Virus record (IMG/VR): IMGVR_UViG_3300008954_000037
Length of the DNA stretch: 64,000 nt
Origin: an uncultured virus (IMG/VR IMGVR_UViG_3300008954_000037)
Taxonomy: Duplodnaviria > Heunggongvirae > Uroviricota > Caudoviricetes
Reading direction: 5' to 3' (one strand)
The position numbers and the translations under genes are program-made. Positions 20,485 through 29,987 of this stretch are shown piece after piece; positions within the stretch are counted from its first letter, which is position 1, and each line of letters begins with the position of its first letter. A model generated the notes under the pieces. The model worked only from the letters and a program-made list of their open reading frames with translations, was not told where the DNA came from and did no database searches.

Positions 20485-21255
20485 ATGAGCAAGAAAGATC
20501 AGTGCTGGCAGGTTGAAGTTGGGCTTCTGGGCGCATCGAGGTACGGCGCTTTGTTCCTGGGTGCCCGGAAAAACTCGCGAGGTAAGTGGACGCGCAAGGG
20601 CGCCGATGTGCCGGCCCACGTCGCTGAATACCTCATGCTCTACAAGACTTCTGGGGATGCCGGCAACTGGCGGCTCAGTGGTGTAGATACGGCGCTGCTG
20701 GAGGACTCCGCTGAGGTGACCCTTCAGCGGGGCAGTACCGCATCCAAGGCGAAGTTTCTGGTCAAGATTCCAGAGCCCGACTACGGCCTCCCTGCCCGCG
20801 ACTTCAAGGAATACTCCATCGATCTGAAGTGGTCGTGCTGGTCGACGGATGCGGGTGTCTGGAACAGCTACGCCAAGACGGCCTACACCGCCATCAAGCG
20901 GGCGCTTCAGGGTAAAGGTCCGGCGATCCGCATCCGGTCGGCGCCCCGTAAGGAAATCCGCTACATGACGGTGGAGATCGTGCCAGACGGTAAGAGCGCC
21001 CTGATCGACGTGTCCTGCTCTGTTGAGTGGGACGACTGGTTCGATCTGGAAGATACGCTGGGCCTCCCCGAAGGGGCCCTCGTGGATCAGGCCGAGTTTC
21101 TGCCGCACACTGATGGGGGACACCCTGGCGTGACTGTGGGGGACGCCTTCAAGTCCCGTGGCGCGGCGGCGATGCGGAAGATTGACCACGTCGAGAACCA
21201 GACCATCGAGGATAGCGCGGATGCGTGGAAGGATCTGACAGCGCAGTACGAGTAA
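20485..21255 (+). CDS. Hypothetical protein
   Basis: ORF from MSKKDQ, in frame within the 20224 ORF. Confidence 0.65.
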   Translation: MSKKDQCWQVEVGLLGASRYGALFLGARKNSRGKWTRKGADVPAHVAEYLMLYKTSGDAGNWRLSGVDTALLEDSAEVTLQRGSTASKAKFLVKIPEPDYGLPARDFKEYSIDLKWSCWSTDAGVWNSYAKTAYTAIKRALQGKGPAIRIRSAPRKEIRYMTVEIVPDGKSALIDVSCSVEWDDWFDLEDTLGLPEGALVDQAEFLPHTDGGHPGVTVGDAFKSRGAAAMRKIDHVENQTIEDSADAWKDLTAQYE

Positions 21256-21300
21256 ACACAATCTGAGTCCCGTTTTCTGACGGGCGACAGGAGATTTGAA

Positions 21301-22116
21301 ATGAGTTGGTCACGAGTATCTGAGATGCTGTCCGAAGCAACCGACTTCGGTGAGCCTGACGACTTCACCGAGGCATCCTATGGCGGCATCGGCGGTGGGC
21401 GTGTATTCGACGGCCCTGGCCGGAGTCAGTGGCTGGTCTTTGAGGACGCCGACGACGCCGAGAGCGCCGCTGTGGACTACGTCAAGGACATGCTGGATGA
21501 CGACGCCAGCATGTTCAACCAGACGTGGCTGTCCAATTTCATCTCGGTCAGCCCGACCGACGCCCGCATCATCGCCCAGGAGAACGCCGACAGCTACTGG
21601 GGAAATCTGGACGACGATCGCGCCATCGAGGAGGCCAACTTGGAGGACGAGTTGGAGGAGTTGACCGACGAGCGCGACGAGGCCGAGGAGAAGATGGCCG
21701 AGGCCGAGGAGAAGCACGGCGACACCGAAGACAAGGTGTACGAGGCCAAGGAAGGCTCCCCCCGGTGGCGGAATCTGGTTGACCGGATCGACAAGCTGGA
21801 CAAGAGGATCGCTGAGAAGGAGAAGATCATCGACGCCTTCGACGACAAGGTGGAGAAGTTGGCAGAGCAGGCGCGGGAAGACGGCGCCGAGGCCATGGCC
21901 AGCGAGGAGTACGAGTACATCCGCCGCGATCCCCTCGGGTGGTGGGAAGACCAGGGGCTGGACGGATCGCTGATCGACCAAAACTTCGGCTGGCTCGACT
22001 TCGACGCCGCCGCGCAGGACGCGGTGGACACCGATGGCGTGGCCCACTTCCTGGCCGGGTACGACGGCAACGAATACGACTTGGAAGACGACTTCGTCGC
22101 CTTCCGCCAAAACTAG
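21301..22116 (+). CDS. Highly acidic protein, ArdA-like C-terminus (anti-restriction DNA mimic candidate)
   Basis: D/E-rich; ends LDFDAAAQDAV...DFVAFRQN, resembling the ArdA C-terminal pattern. Confidence 0.5.
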   Translation: MSWSRVSEMLSEATDFGEPDDFTEASYGGIGGGRVFDGPGRSQWLVFEDADDAESAAVDYVKDMLDDDASMFNQTWLSNFISVSPTDARIIAQENADSYWGNLDDDRAIEEANLEDELEELTDERDEAEEKMAEAEEKHGDTEDKVYEAKEGSPRWRNLVDRIDKLDKRIAEKEKIIDAFDDKVEKLAEQAREDGAEAMASEEYEYIRRDPLGWWEDQGLDGSLIDQNFGWLDFDAAAQDAVDTDGVAHFLAGYDGNEYDLEDDFVAFRQN

Positions 22117-22128
22117 AAGGAACACGAC

Positions 22129-22473
22129 ATGGCAGACGACACACGCAAAGACTACTTCGACAGCGTTCGCGCGACCGCTGCGGAGATCCAAGAGGCCATC
22201 GCTGATGGTGAGTACACCGACCGAGATGATGTGGAGGAGAGGATCTGGGAGGAGGCCGACGGCTCCTACTGGGTCATCTACCACCACGCCAACCTGTCAT
22301 GCCTGCGGTTCTCGGACAACTGGCTGGCGATTGACGATGTGGGCGATGAGATCTCAGGGGACTCCCTGACCGACGTTCTCGTGCGGGCGGCGTTCTACGC
22401 CTACCACGCCGACATCACCGAGTACGTCGGGGACATCGACGACCTGTTGGAAGCCGCCGAGGACGACGAATAG
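22129..22473 (+). CDS. Ocr-like (T7 gp0.3-like) DNA mimic
   Basis: 114 aa, very acidic; DDVEERIWEEADGSYWVIYH parallels Ocr DDLHDAIHMAADNAVPHYY; acidic C-terminal tail. Confidence 0.6.
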   Translation: MADDTRKDYFDSVRATAAEIQEAIADGEYTDRDDVEERIWEEADGSYWVIYHHANLSCLRFSDNWLAIDDVGDEISGDSLTDVLVRAAFYAYHADITEYVGDIDDLLEAAEDDE

Positions 22474-22542
22474 GAGTCTTCCATGTCCGCACAGCAGGAA
22501 TACAAGGCCATCGCCGCAGAGCGGCTGTAGAAGGAGAACGCC

Positions 22543-22866
22543 ATGAACGGCAACGTGTTTCCCAAGAACGAGACCATGGAGCAGGCGGCCATCCACGCCG
22601 CCGCCGTCGAGGCGGTCGATCGTCTGGACAAGGAGCAGGGCTTCGACTTCACGACTGGCGCGGCCTTGTACCCGTCCAGCATCGCCTTGGAGCAGATGGG
22701 TGGGGCCAGCTTCTCGACCGACGCTGCCCGGTACCCCTCTGGCATGGACCTGGGCGCCCTGGCCGGTGAGGACGAGGACAAGGGCAACAAGTGGATCTGG
22801 GCAGCCCTTCTTCTGGGTGGAGGCTACTGGGCCTGGAAGAAGTACGGCAAGAAGGGCCGCAAGTAG
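22543..22866 (+). CDS. Small protein with C-terminal TM + basic tail
   Basis: RBS aaggag; KWIWAALLLGGGYWAWKK. Confidence 0.7.
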   Translation: MNGNVFPKNETMEQAAIHAAAVEAVDRLDKEQGFDFTTGAALYPSSIALEQMGGASFSTDAARYPSGMDLGALAGEDEDKGNKWIWAALLLGGGYWAWKKYGKKGRK

Positions 22867-22926
22867 AAGAAGAAGAAGCATGGCGGCGTACACCATCGGC
22901 ATTTCGGGATCACATAGGAGCCCCTC

Positions 22927-23253
22927 ATGAGCTACTACGACAACACCGACATCGACGACTACGCCTTGACGAAGGCGCAGCGCAAGAAGGCCGAGAAGGT
23001 CATCGACAGGCACGGTAGCGGCATCGACGACGACTGGACCTCAACCCTTCTCAAGAACGGCAAGGTGGTACTGCACAACAGCTTCCACGCCATGAACGAG
23101 TGGGGCATGTATATCGGCTGGATCGACTTCAACGTCAAGATCGATAAGAAGGGGGAGATCGAGGCGGTCACCCTCTCCACCAACAGCACAGGGCGCTACC
23201 ATGCCGAGCGCATCGGTCTGATCGACTATCTCTGGGGTACCTTCTCGTGGTGA
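22927..23253 (+). CDS. Phage-type hypothetical protein (FHAMNEWGMYIGW motif)
   Basis: RBS aggag; complete ORF. Confidence 0.7.
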   Translation: MSYYDNTDIDDYALTKAQRKKAEKVIDRHGSGIDDDWTSTLLKNGKVVLHNSFHAMNEWGMYIGWIDFNVKIDKKGEIEAVTLSTNSTGRYHAERIGLIDYLWGTFSW

Positions 23254-23599
23254 TCAGACGGAGACAACGACGAAGGCCAAGACACGCAAATGGCTCTGGA
23301 TCGGCGGGGGCGCCCTGGCGGCGCTCGGAGGCTGGTACTACTTCATCCGTGACGATTTCGCCGGCCTCTCGATGTCCCAGTTGAAGCACATCAAGGCAGC
23401 CTTCGGGCCCGAGGCCACCATCAGCACCGCCACCGATGGGAAATATCAGGGTGTGATGGTGCGGGTGATCAACGGCAAGACCATGGGCGGCAAAAGTGTG
23501 TCCTTCGTCTACCCCCTCAGCGGCACCGTATCCCAGGGGACGGTGCTGCCGCACGCGCTGGTCCACAACGTGATGAAGGGGACGCTGGTGGCGCCGTAG
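23252..23599 (+). pseudogene. Membrane-protein reading frame lacking a start codon ahead of its TM segment
   Basis: Frame opens after a stop at 23219-23221 and encodes DQTETTTKAKTRKWLWIGGGALAALGGWYYF before the first ATG at 23372. Confidence 0.4.
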
Positions 23600-23610
23600 G
23601 AGATGAGTCC

Positions 23611-24024
23611 GTGTACCCCCTCTCAGACCCCAGGTGCAGCAACCGCGAGGCCGCGAAGCACTGCATTTTGCTGGAAGAACACCTCAACATCCCCGCCAAA
23701 AGGTGCCCTGACTGCATTCAGAAGCACTTTCTCGCCCTGGAGGGCTACGTCGAGGAGGGAATCAACCTCGACAACACGGGCAGATTCAGCGACCCTCACA
23801 TGGCGCGCTGCATCAAGATGCTTGAGCAGTCCTGGCGCAGAGGGGTCGACCCCTCCAAGGTAGCCCACGAGGTTCGACGGCTGCGAAAGCGGCTGACCCA
23901 CGGGTGGCTGGCTGGCGACACGCCGTCCCTGCACACTCACCCAGATGACGACTCCAAGCTGGGACTGTGGATTCTGGGAGGCGGAATCGGGTTGTGGCTG
24001 TGGTGGCGGCGAAATCAAATCTGA
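23611..24024 (+). CDS. CxxC helical protein (LLEEHL..KRCPDCIQKHFL) with C-terminal TM
   Basis: GTG start after aggag; TM + RR tail. Confidence 0.65.
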   Translation: MYPLSDPRCSNREAAKHCILLEEHLNIPAKRCPDCIQKHFLALEGYVEEGINLDNTGRFSDPHMARCIKMLEQSWRRGVDPSKVAHEVRRLRKRLTHGWLAGDTPSLHTHPDDDSKLGLWILGGGIGLWLWWRRNQI

Positions 24025-24034
24025 GTTTCGATTT
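24017..24034 (+). promoter_or_regulatory. Representative copy of dispersed motif AAATCTGAGTTTCGATTT
   Basis: Identical copy at 43387-43404 and about 20 variants across the window; AAATC-N8-GATTT inverted arms. Confidence 0.7.
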
Positions 24035-24046
24035 TAGGAGGCCAAG

Positions 24047-24178
24047 ATGAAGACCAAGAACCTGATCATCCTTCTGGGTGTCGGCGGCGTGCTGCTGTAC
24101 TTCATGAAGCCCAAGGTGTCGGATGTCACGGGCCTCGGCGGCGCCTATGCCAAAGCCAAACCACGACGCATCCTGTAG
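24047..24178 (+). CDS. 43-aa membrane peptide (not in ORF track)
   Basis: RBS aggagg; MKTKNLIILLGVGGVLLYFMKPKVSDVTGLGGAYAKAKPRRIL. Confidence 0.65.
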   Translation: MKTKNLIILLGVGGVLLYFMKPKVSDVTGLGGAYAKAKPRRIL

Positions 24179-24187
24179 GGGCCCAGC

Positions 24188-24973
24188 ATGGCAACCAACA
24201 AGTATCGCTACCGCGTCACCGGCCCTCGGGGCGGCAAGTACCTGACCACCACCCGCGCAGAAGCGGAGAAGCTGACCCGCCACGGCGGCAGCTTCCGTGC
24301 GCTGGGCCAGAAGAAGGCCAGCCGGGTCAAGAATCCTCAAGGGGTATGGGACGAGTCGTTCAAGGCGGGCTACGCTGCCGCCAAGCGGCTGTTGGCTAGG
24401 GTGGATCCCTGGACTCTGGACAGCACGGACGCAGCCCGCCGCTACAAGGCGGTGCGCCGCAAACACGGTGTGGATTGGAAGGAGGGCTTCATTGCGGCCA
24501 TCGACGAGGCCCGTGGCGCCTACGGCCAGTCTGGGGTGCGCCGGGCCCAGCGGCTCCATCGCAACCCCCTTCCGTGGTGCCTGCCCCCTTCCGAGGTGTC
24601 TGCGCTGTTCGCGGAGGGCCGGGTGAGCAAGGGTGAGTTGCGTGAGATCTACCCCGAGTGGTTTGACGGCAAAGGCAAGCAGATCGCCGGGTTCTTCCGC
24701 ATCACGGTCGAATCTCGGGGCGCCGATGGCAAACCCATCAAGGTCGGCGTTGCCATCCCCCTCCGCGCCAAAGAGGTGTTCTCGCGCCAGTGGCGTGGGA
24801 TCACCAAGCATTGGGGTTTCCGCAAGAAGGAGTCCTTCGCAGACATCAAGAAGGCCCTGATGACGGGCTACTACTTCGACGTGCTGGAGTTGTGTGAAGC
24901 CGACCACCCGCACCCCTACGACGCCGCCATCACCATCTTCCTGGGGAGGATGGAGAAGTACACCAAACGCTAG
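24188..24973 (+). CDS. Tagged modular protein 1 (tag-NP-module-NP-module)
   Basis: MATNKYRYRVTGPRGGKYL...RVKNP; internal HRNP. Confidence 0.85.
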   Translation: MATNKYRYRVTGPRGGKYLTTTRAEAEKLTRHGGSFRALGQKKASRVKNPQGVWDESFKAGYAAAKRLLARVDPWTLDSTDAARRYKAVRRKHGVDWKEGFIAAIDEARGAYGQSGVRRAQRLHRNPLPWCLPPSEVSALFAEGRVSKGELREIYPEWFDGKGKQIAGFFRITVESRGADGKPIKVGVAIPLRAKEVFSRQWRGITKHWGFRKKESFADIKKALMTGYYFDVLELCEADHPHPYDAAITIFLGRMEKYTKR

Positions 24974-24998
24974 AGAGATCTGAGCGAGGAGAACACCA

Positions 24999-25802
24999 AT
25001 GGCCAACTACAAGTACCGCGTCACCGGCCCCCGTGGCGGCAAATACCTCACCTCCACCCGCAAGGAGGCCGAGAAGCTCACGCGCCACGGCGGCAGCTTC
25101 CGGGCGCTGGGCCAGAAGAAGGCGTCGAAGGTGAAGAACCCTAAGATGGTCGTGGACTGGAAACGGCTGACCAAAGTTATCGGTTACGCACACCCAAAGG
25201 GGTCGTGGACGGTGGCGAAGGTCAAGGCGGCATTCAAGGAATACCACGCCACGGTCACGGACGCGGAGGCGCGGGCGCTGGTGAAGCGGTACAACGCAGG
25301 CGCCAGCAAGGTCAAGAACCCGGCGCGCGATGGCATGTATAGCAGCATGAATCCCAAGATCGAGGTCTGGATCGAGGGGTCCAGCCGGGTGACCACGACC
25401 CAGTGGTACAGCACCGTCAAAGCCGCCAAGGCGGCGGCGAAGCGGGCACACCCTGGCAAGAAGGTCGAGGCGTGGATTGCAGATAGCTCGGAGCGGGGCT
25501 CGGGTGGCAGGCGGCGCAACCCCAGGGCGCCTATTGGCGTGTGGGTCAAGCACGACTACAGCGACGGCAGCGGGAGTTGGTACACGATGGCGTTCAGGGG
25601 CCCTCCGACTGCCAGCGGAGTCTACGGCGGCGAGGTGGTGTGGGGGGACGACCCCTACAGCGACGGTTTGGTCTGGTTGCCCAAGATCCATGTCCTCGGT
25701 GGCGGCGATGTCTCAATCCCGCCGTATCACAAGACCTACAACACCCCCGAGGCGGCCAAGGCAGCCTTGGAAGCCTACGCTCGCCGGAAGCGTTACATCT
25801 GA
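24999..25802 (+). CDS. Tagged modular protein 2
   Basis: Tag + KVKNP; internal KVKNP and RRRNP; RBS aggag. Confidence 0.85.
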   Translation: MANYKYRVTGPRGGKYLTSTRKEAEKLTRHGGSFRALGQKKASKVKNPKMVVDWKRLTKVIGYAHPKGSWTVAKVKAAFKEYHATVTDAEARALVKRYNAGASKVKNPARDGMYSSMNPKIEVWIEGSSRVTTTQWYSTVKAAKAAAKRAHPGKKVEAWIADSSERGSGGRRRNPRAPIGVWVKHDYSDGSGSWYTMAFRGPPTASGVYGGEVVWGDDPYSDGLVWLPKIHVLGGGDVSIPPYHKTYNTPEAAKAALEAYARRKRYI

Positions 25803-25830
25803 GTTTCGATTTGCGAGAGGAGACAACACC

Positions 25831-26907
25831 ATGGCAGGCAAGTACAAGTACCGCGTGACCGGCCCTCGGGGCGGCAAATACCTCACGACCACCCGCCGCG
25901 AGGCCGAGAAGCTGACTCGCAACGGCGGCACCATCCGGGCGCTGGGCCAGAAGAAGGCGTCGAAGGTGAAGAACCCCGATCGACCCACACGGGGGGCGTT
26001 CAGCGAGACCGGCCTCGCCGCTGGGTGGATGCAGTCTGACGCGGAGGCGATTGATGAGGCGTGGGGCAACAACGACTGGGGCGAGTTGCATCGCATGGGC
26101 GTGATCAGCAACCGAGACATGGCGACCATCAAACGCCTGATGGCCAAGGAGGCCGCTGGGCGAATGATGACCGAGGGCGAGGACGAGGTGATGGGCATGA
26201 TCGGCGCGAAGGTGCGCCGGGCGGTGGATCACTACCGGGCAGAGGCGCGAGACTTCCGCCGACACTCCAATCGCAACCCTGGCATTGAGATCTTGTGGGG
26301 CGGCGGCGGCCAGGGCTTCATCAAGGGTGAGATCCCCGGCAGCCACGACCTGTTCACCATTGAGAAGGCCCACCTCACGGCGCCGTGGGTGTTGAAGTTC
26401 TACGAAGACGGCAGGATGCCGCCCCGTGTGCTGGACTACGGTAACAACGCCAACAAGCTCAAGAAGGCCGCCCAGCGGTACGTCGACACCGTGGCTGACC
26501 ATGTGCCGACGTTGGCCAAGTATCGGCGCAACCCCGACACTCGGATCGATTCTACTTTGCGTGGACTTTTGGAGGCCGCGTTGTGGAGCAGTTCTGACGA
26601 AGACGATGAGCCGCTCGACTCCAACTACAGCATCTACGACATTGATGAAGATTCCTTGGGCGTGATGTCTGGCAAGGTCGCGAAGTGGGAAGACGCCAAC
26701 TACGACCTCATCGAGAGGGCGATGTATTCCACCGGGCAGGACTACGAGCAGTTGGGGCACGATCTGTGGCTCACCTCTGCTGGTCATGGCGCCGGTTTCT
26801 GGGATGGAGATTGGGATCCCTACGGTGACGAGTTGACCGACGCAGCCAAGGAGTTCGGGGAGAAGTGGGTGTACGTCGGAGACGACGGCAAGCTGCACTT
26901 CCAGTAG
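25831..26907 (+). CDS. Tagged modular protein 3; acidic C-terminal module with GHDLWLTSAGHGAGFWD motif
   Basis: Start at MAGKYK with RBS gaggag; NRNP and RRNP linkers. Confidence 0.85.
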   Translation: MAGKYKYRVTGPRGGKYLTTTRREAEKLTRNGGTIRALGQKKASKVKNPDRPTRGAFSETGLAAGWMQSDAEAIDEAWGNNDWGELHRMGVISNRDMATIKRLMAKEAAGRMMTEGEDEVMGMIGAKVRRAVDHYRAEARDFRRHSNRNPGIEILWGGGGQGFIKGEIPGSHDLFTIEKAHLTAPWVLKFYEDGRMPPRVLDYGNNANKLKKAAQRYVDTVADHVPTLAKYRRNPDTRIDSTLRGLLEAALWSSSDEDDEPLDSNYSIYDIDEDSLGVMSGKVAKWEDANYDLIERAMYSTGQDYEQLGHDLWLTSAGHGAGFWDGDWDPYGDELTDAAKEFGEKWVYVGDDGKLHFQ

Positions 26908-26953
26908 TCGGAATCTGAGTTTCAATTTGTAGAAGTAGAGGGAGAGCAACATC

Positions 26954-28207
26954 ATGGCAGGCAAGTACAAGTACCGCGTGACTGGTCCCAGGGGCGGCAA
27001 GTATCTCACCTCCACCCGCAAGGAGGCAGAGAAGCTCACGCGCCACGGCGGCACCATCCGGGCTCTGGGGCAGAAGAAGGCGTCCAAGGTGAAGAACCCC
27101 CGCAAACACGACTACAGCGTGGTCCTCGCCAAGATCAAGACGGCCAACCGCTGGGCCGGCAAATACAACCGGGCGGTCAAGGCTGCGTTCGCCAAATACG
27201 GCAACGGAAACGGTCAGACAATTTCCGGCGTGGTGCGCGACCACTTCCCCTCCTCGGTCAAGGACGAACTGCGAAGGCTCATGCGGGGCTTCAACAACGC
27301 ACAGGACGCCGTGGGGGCGGCGTGGCACGCCGTCCACCCTCGCACCGATTTCTACCGCGCCGCCAAGGCAGCACCGTTCCGTGACAAGATGACGCAGGCG
27401 GGCTACTACGGCACGGGGCGCCGCAAGCGCCGCAACCCTGGCATTGAGATCTTGTGGGGCGAGGTGGGGACGTTGGTACGGTTCAAGGATCTGAAGGTGG
27501 GGGACCGTTTCAGAGTTCCGCACTCGTCGGCTTTGCTTGAGAAGGTGGGGGACAGCGGGTACATCTACATTCCGATGGAGGCAGGGGATCAGGTGCGAGA
27601 CTGGCATCTACCTCTCAAGGAAGTGATCCGCGTGGACGGTCGCAGGCGGAATCCCGCCGCCGACAAGAAGTGGCACGGTTTCGGTCCCGGCAGCCTGGAG
27701 TCGGTCAAGTGGAAGTGGCGCAAGCACCGGGGTGTTGATGAGGGCTGGACCGGCTCGTCTCAGATCGAATACTACGGTAGCTACACGGTCCACGGGCAGT
27801 TCGGGGAGACCGATGTGGGGGTGAGCGGCACCATCAACTTCCCCAGCGCGCCGCACAGGGTGAGCGAGGATGAGATCTTCGACGCCATCACCGAGAGCAT
27901 CGGCCACACACTTTCCGAAGGTGGCTGGGAGCCCGATTGGTGGTTTGAAGGCGGCGGTGATTTCGATCCGTCCGACGTGACGTGGTACTACGACGCCTTC
28001 TACGATGACGAGGATCCCGAAGCGGTCGTCACCATCTACACCCAAACCCCTCACGCCAACGAGGTGAAGGACGAGGTGCAGAGCGTGGCCGGATCGATGC
28101 TGGAGCAGGACGGTGACATGGTGTACGCCGTCGTGATGACTCACGATCTCCGGGCGGCGGTTGAGGAGTTGGTAGGCCATGGCTACGCCGTGGACGAGGA
28201 ATACTAG
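26954..28207 (+). CDS. Tagged modular protein 4; acidic C-terminal module
   Basis: Tag; two RRNP linkers. Confidence 0.85.
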   Translation: MAGKYKYRVTGPRGGKYLTSTRKEAEKLTRHGGTIRALGQKKASKVKNPRKHDYSVVLAKIKTANRWAGKYNRAVKAAFAKYGNGNGQTISGVVRDHFPSSVKDELRRLMRGFNNAQDAVGAAWHAVHPRTDFYRAAKAAPFRDKMTQAGYYGTGRRKRRNPGIEILWGEVGTLVRFKDLKVGDRFRVPHSSALLEKVGDSGYIYIPMEAGDQVRDWHLPLKEVIRVDGRRRNPAADKKWHGFGPGSLESVKWKWRKHRGVDEGWTGSSQIEYYGSYTVHGQFGETDVGVSGTINFPSAPHRVSEDEIFDAITESIGHTLSEGGWEPDWWFEGGGDFDPSDVTWYYDAFYDDEDPEAVVTIYTQTPHANEVKDEVQSVAGSMLEQDGDMVYAVVMTHDLRAAVEELVGHGYAVDEEY

Positions 28208-28217
28208 GAGCAACATC

Positions 28218-29333
28218 ATGGCAGGCAAGTACAAGTACCGCGTGACTGGTCCCAGGGGCGGCAAGTACCTCACCTCCACCCGCAAGGAGGCTGAGAAGCT
28301 GACCCGTCACGGCGGCACCATCCGGGCTCTGGGGCAGAAGAAGGCGTCCAAGGTGAAGAACCCCCGGCGCCGCAAGGCCGCCAAGACGCCCAAGTACCGC
28401 TGTGAGGTGTGCAGTCGTCCGCTGAAGAAAGGCGAGCAGATCACATGCCAGCCCTGCCACAACGAGCGGATCCAGGGCCTCCTGGGCAGTCCCGAGTGGA
28501 TGGAGGTGCGCGGCAGAACGCTCGTCGAACCCGATGGCCCCCGCTTCCGCAAGCCCGGCTGGACGCTGGCCAACGAGATGCGCTCGGAGATCCGAAACCC
28601 CCGAGGAGGCTACAACTACTGGATCACCTACGACTTCGTCACCCCCGAGAGCGCCGAGTACGGGGACGTGGAGCATCGAGGATTCTACCGCCCCGGCTGG
28701 GGTATGTACCCCTCTGACAAGTACGGTGAGGAGGCCAAGAAGGAACACGACGACGAGCGCCACCACGCCGCCAACATGCCCGAGTTGGTCAGCGATGTCG
28801 GACACTCGATGTACTGGCTGGAGTGGAGTAGCTCGCCTCCGTCCTCGGGCGATTGGCTCATCAGCGACTCCGAGGAGTTGGAGGACGACGACGGCAAGTG
28901 GGGATACATGAGCTTGGCGCTGCACATCGAGCGCGCCGATGGCAAGCCGCTGACCGTCGAGGAGATGCAGTACCTGCACGACAAGCTCGGCTTGATGGGC
29001 CCGAAGCCCACCGGGAAGAAGCATCGGTCTGGCAAGCGCAACCCCGGCGACTGGGCCGGGCGCGGCATCGACTTCAAGAACAAGTACCTCAACGACTTCT
29101 TCGCGGAGAAGGAGGTGCCCATCAAGACGTGGACCATCAAGGCGCCCTCCGGCATGGCGCACATCATCAACAGTCAGGCGGTGTTGGAGCATGTTGCTGT
29201 GGCGAGTCGAGGGGAGAAGAAGCAGATCTCAGACATGCTCCGACGCATCGACTTCGCCAACGGCGACGTGAACCACTTTCTGAAACACCTCGCAGGGGCC
29301 ATCGCCGCCAGCTACGAGTCGGACATCTTCTAG
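28218..29333 (+). CDS. Tagged modular protein 5 (C4 Zn-finger, VTPESAEYGD module, IDFANGDV module)
   Basis: Tag identical in protein to that of 26954; IRNP and KRNP linkers. Confidence 0.85.
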   Translation: MAGKYKYRVTGPRGGKYLTSTRKEAEKLTRHGGTIRALGQKKASKVKNPRRRKAAKTPKYRCEVCSRPLKKGEQITCQPCHNERIQGLLGSPEWMEVRGRTLVEPDGPRFRKPGWTLANEMRSEIRNPRGGYNYWITYDFVTPESAEYGDVEHRGFYRPGWGMYPSDKYGEEAKKEHDDERHHAANMPELVSDVGHSMYWLEWSSSPPSSGDWLISDSEELEDDDGKWGYMSLALHIERADGKPLTVEEMQYLHDKLGLMGPKPTGKKHRSGKRNPGDWAGRGIDFKNKYLNDFFAEKEVPIKTWTIKAPSGMAHIINSQAVLEHVAVASRGEKKQISDMLRRIDFANGDVNHFLKHLAGAIAASYESDIF

Positions 29334-29342
29334 GAGCCCGCC

Positions 29343-29975
29343 ATGGCCCGTGACAAGTACCGATACCGCGTGACCGGACCCAAGGGTGGCAAGTACCTGA
29401 CCACCACGCGCGCCGAAGCCGAGAAGCTCACGCGCAATGGCGGTAGTTTCCGCGTCATCGGACAGCGCAAGGCGTCCAAGGTCAGCAACCCCCACAAAGA
29501 GCAGGAATGCCCTGGTTGCGGCGGCTGGGGCCACGACGGAACCTGCGGCTGGTGTGGCGGCTCGGGGACCGTCCCGCCGCGCTCTGAGGCGTATCGCTTC
29601 TACGAGTGGGCTCACGGCCTCAGCAACGTCGACCTGTACCACTACTGGGCCCAGGCGCTCGATGTGCGCCACCAGAGCCCCCGCAACCTCGCCAAGTGGA
29701 AGGCCCTGTCAGCCGAGGTGGAGCGGCGCAAGAAGAACAAGCGCAGGGCGAAGAACCCCGGACACGGAGGGCTGGCGAAGATCCTCAAGCGCCGCAACCC
29801 AGACCTGTCCAACATCCCCACCGAGACCCTGGCCAGCTACATGGATATGCTGCAACAGTCCCACGGCGTCAACAGAGACGCCTACACGGCCCAGGAGCGC
29901 GAAGGCGCCAAAATCATAGGCAACGAGTTGCGAAGCCGAGGCTACGACGACCTGCCCGCATTTGCACGGCGTTAG
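29343..29975 (+). CDS. Tagged modular protein 6 (CxxCxGxG Zn-binding module)
   Basis: Tag variant; CPGCGGWG..CGWCGGSG; AKNP and RRNP linkers. Confidence 0.85.
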   Translation: MARDKYRYRVTGPKGGKYLTTTRAEAEKLTRNGGSFRVIGQRKASKVSNPHKEQECPGCGGWGHDGTCGWCGGSGTVPPRSEAYRFYEWAHGLSNVDLYHYWAQALDVRHQSPRNLAKWKALSAEVERRKKNKRRAKNPGHGGLAKILKRRNPDLSNIPTETLASYMDMLQQSHGVNRDAYTAQEREGAKIIGNELRSRGYDDLPAFARR

Positions 29976-29987
29976 AAGGAGAGACCA

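Larger units (their letters stand above)
24188..29492 (+). repeat. Six copies of a ~147-nt coding repeat (shared N-terminal tag)
   Basis: Copies at 24188-24337, 24999-25142, 25831-25977, 26954-27100, 28218-28364, 29343-29492. Confidence 0.95.

Noticed and set aside
22483..22530. Tiny ORF MSAQQEYKAIAAERL with RBS
   Set aside because: Too short to support; may be a remnant.
24188..29492. Repeated ~147-nt unit read as a CRISPR array or non-coding repeat
   Set aside because: Units are in-frame coding with RBS and synonymous variation, and are separated by 0.6-1.1 kb of coding sequence; no cas genes were seen.
24188..29492. Diversity-generating retroelement (template/variable repeats)
   Set aside because: No reverse transcriptase was seen, and differences between copies are third-position rather than adenine-specific.
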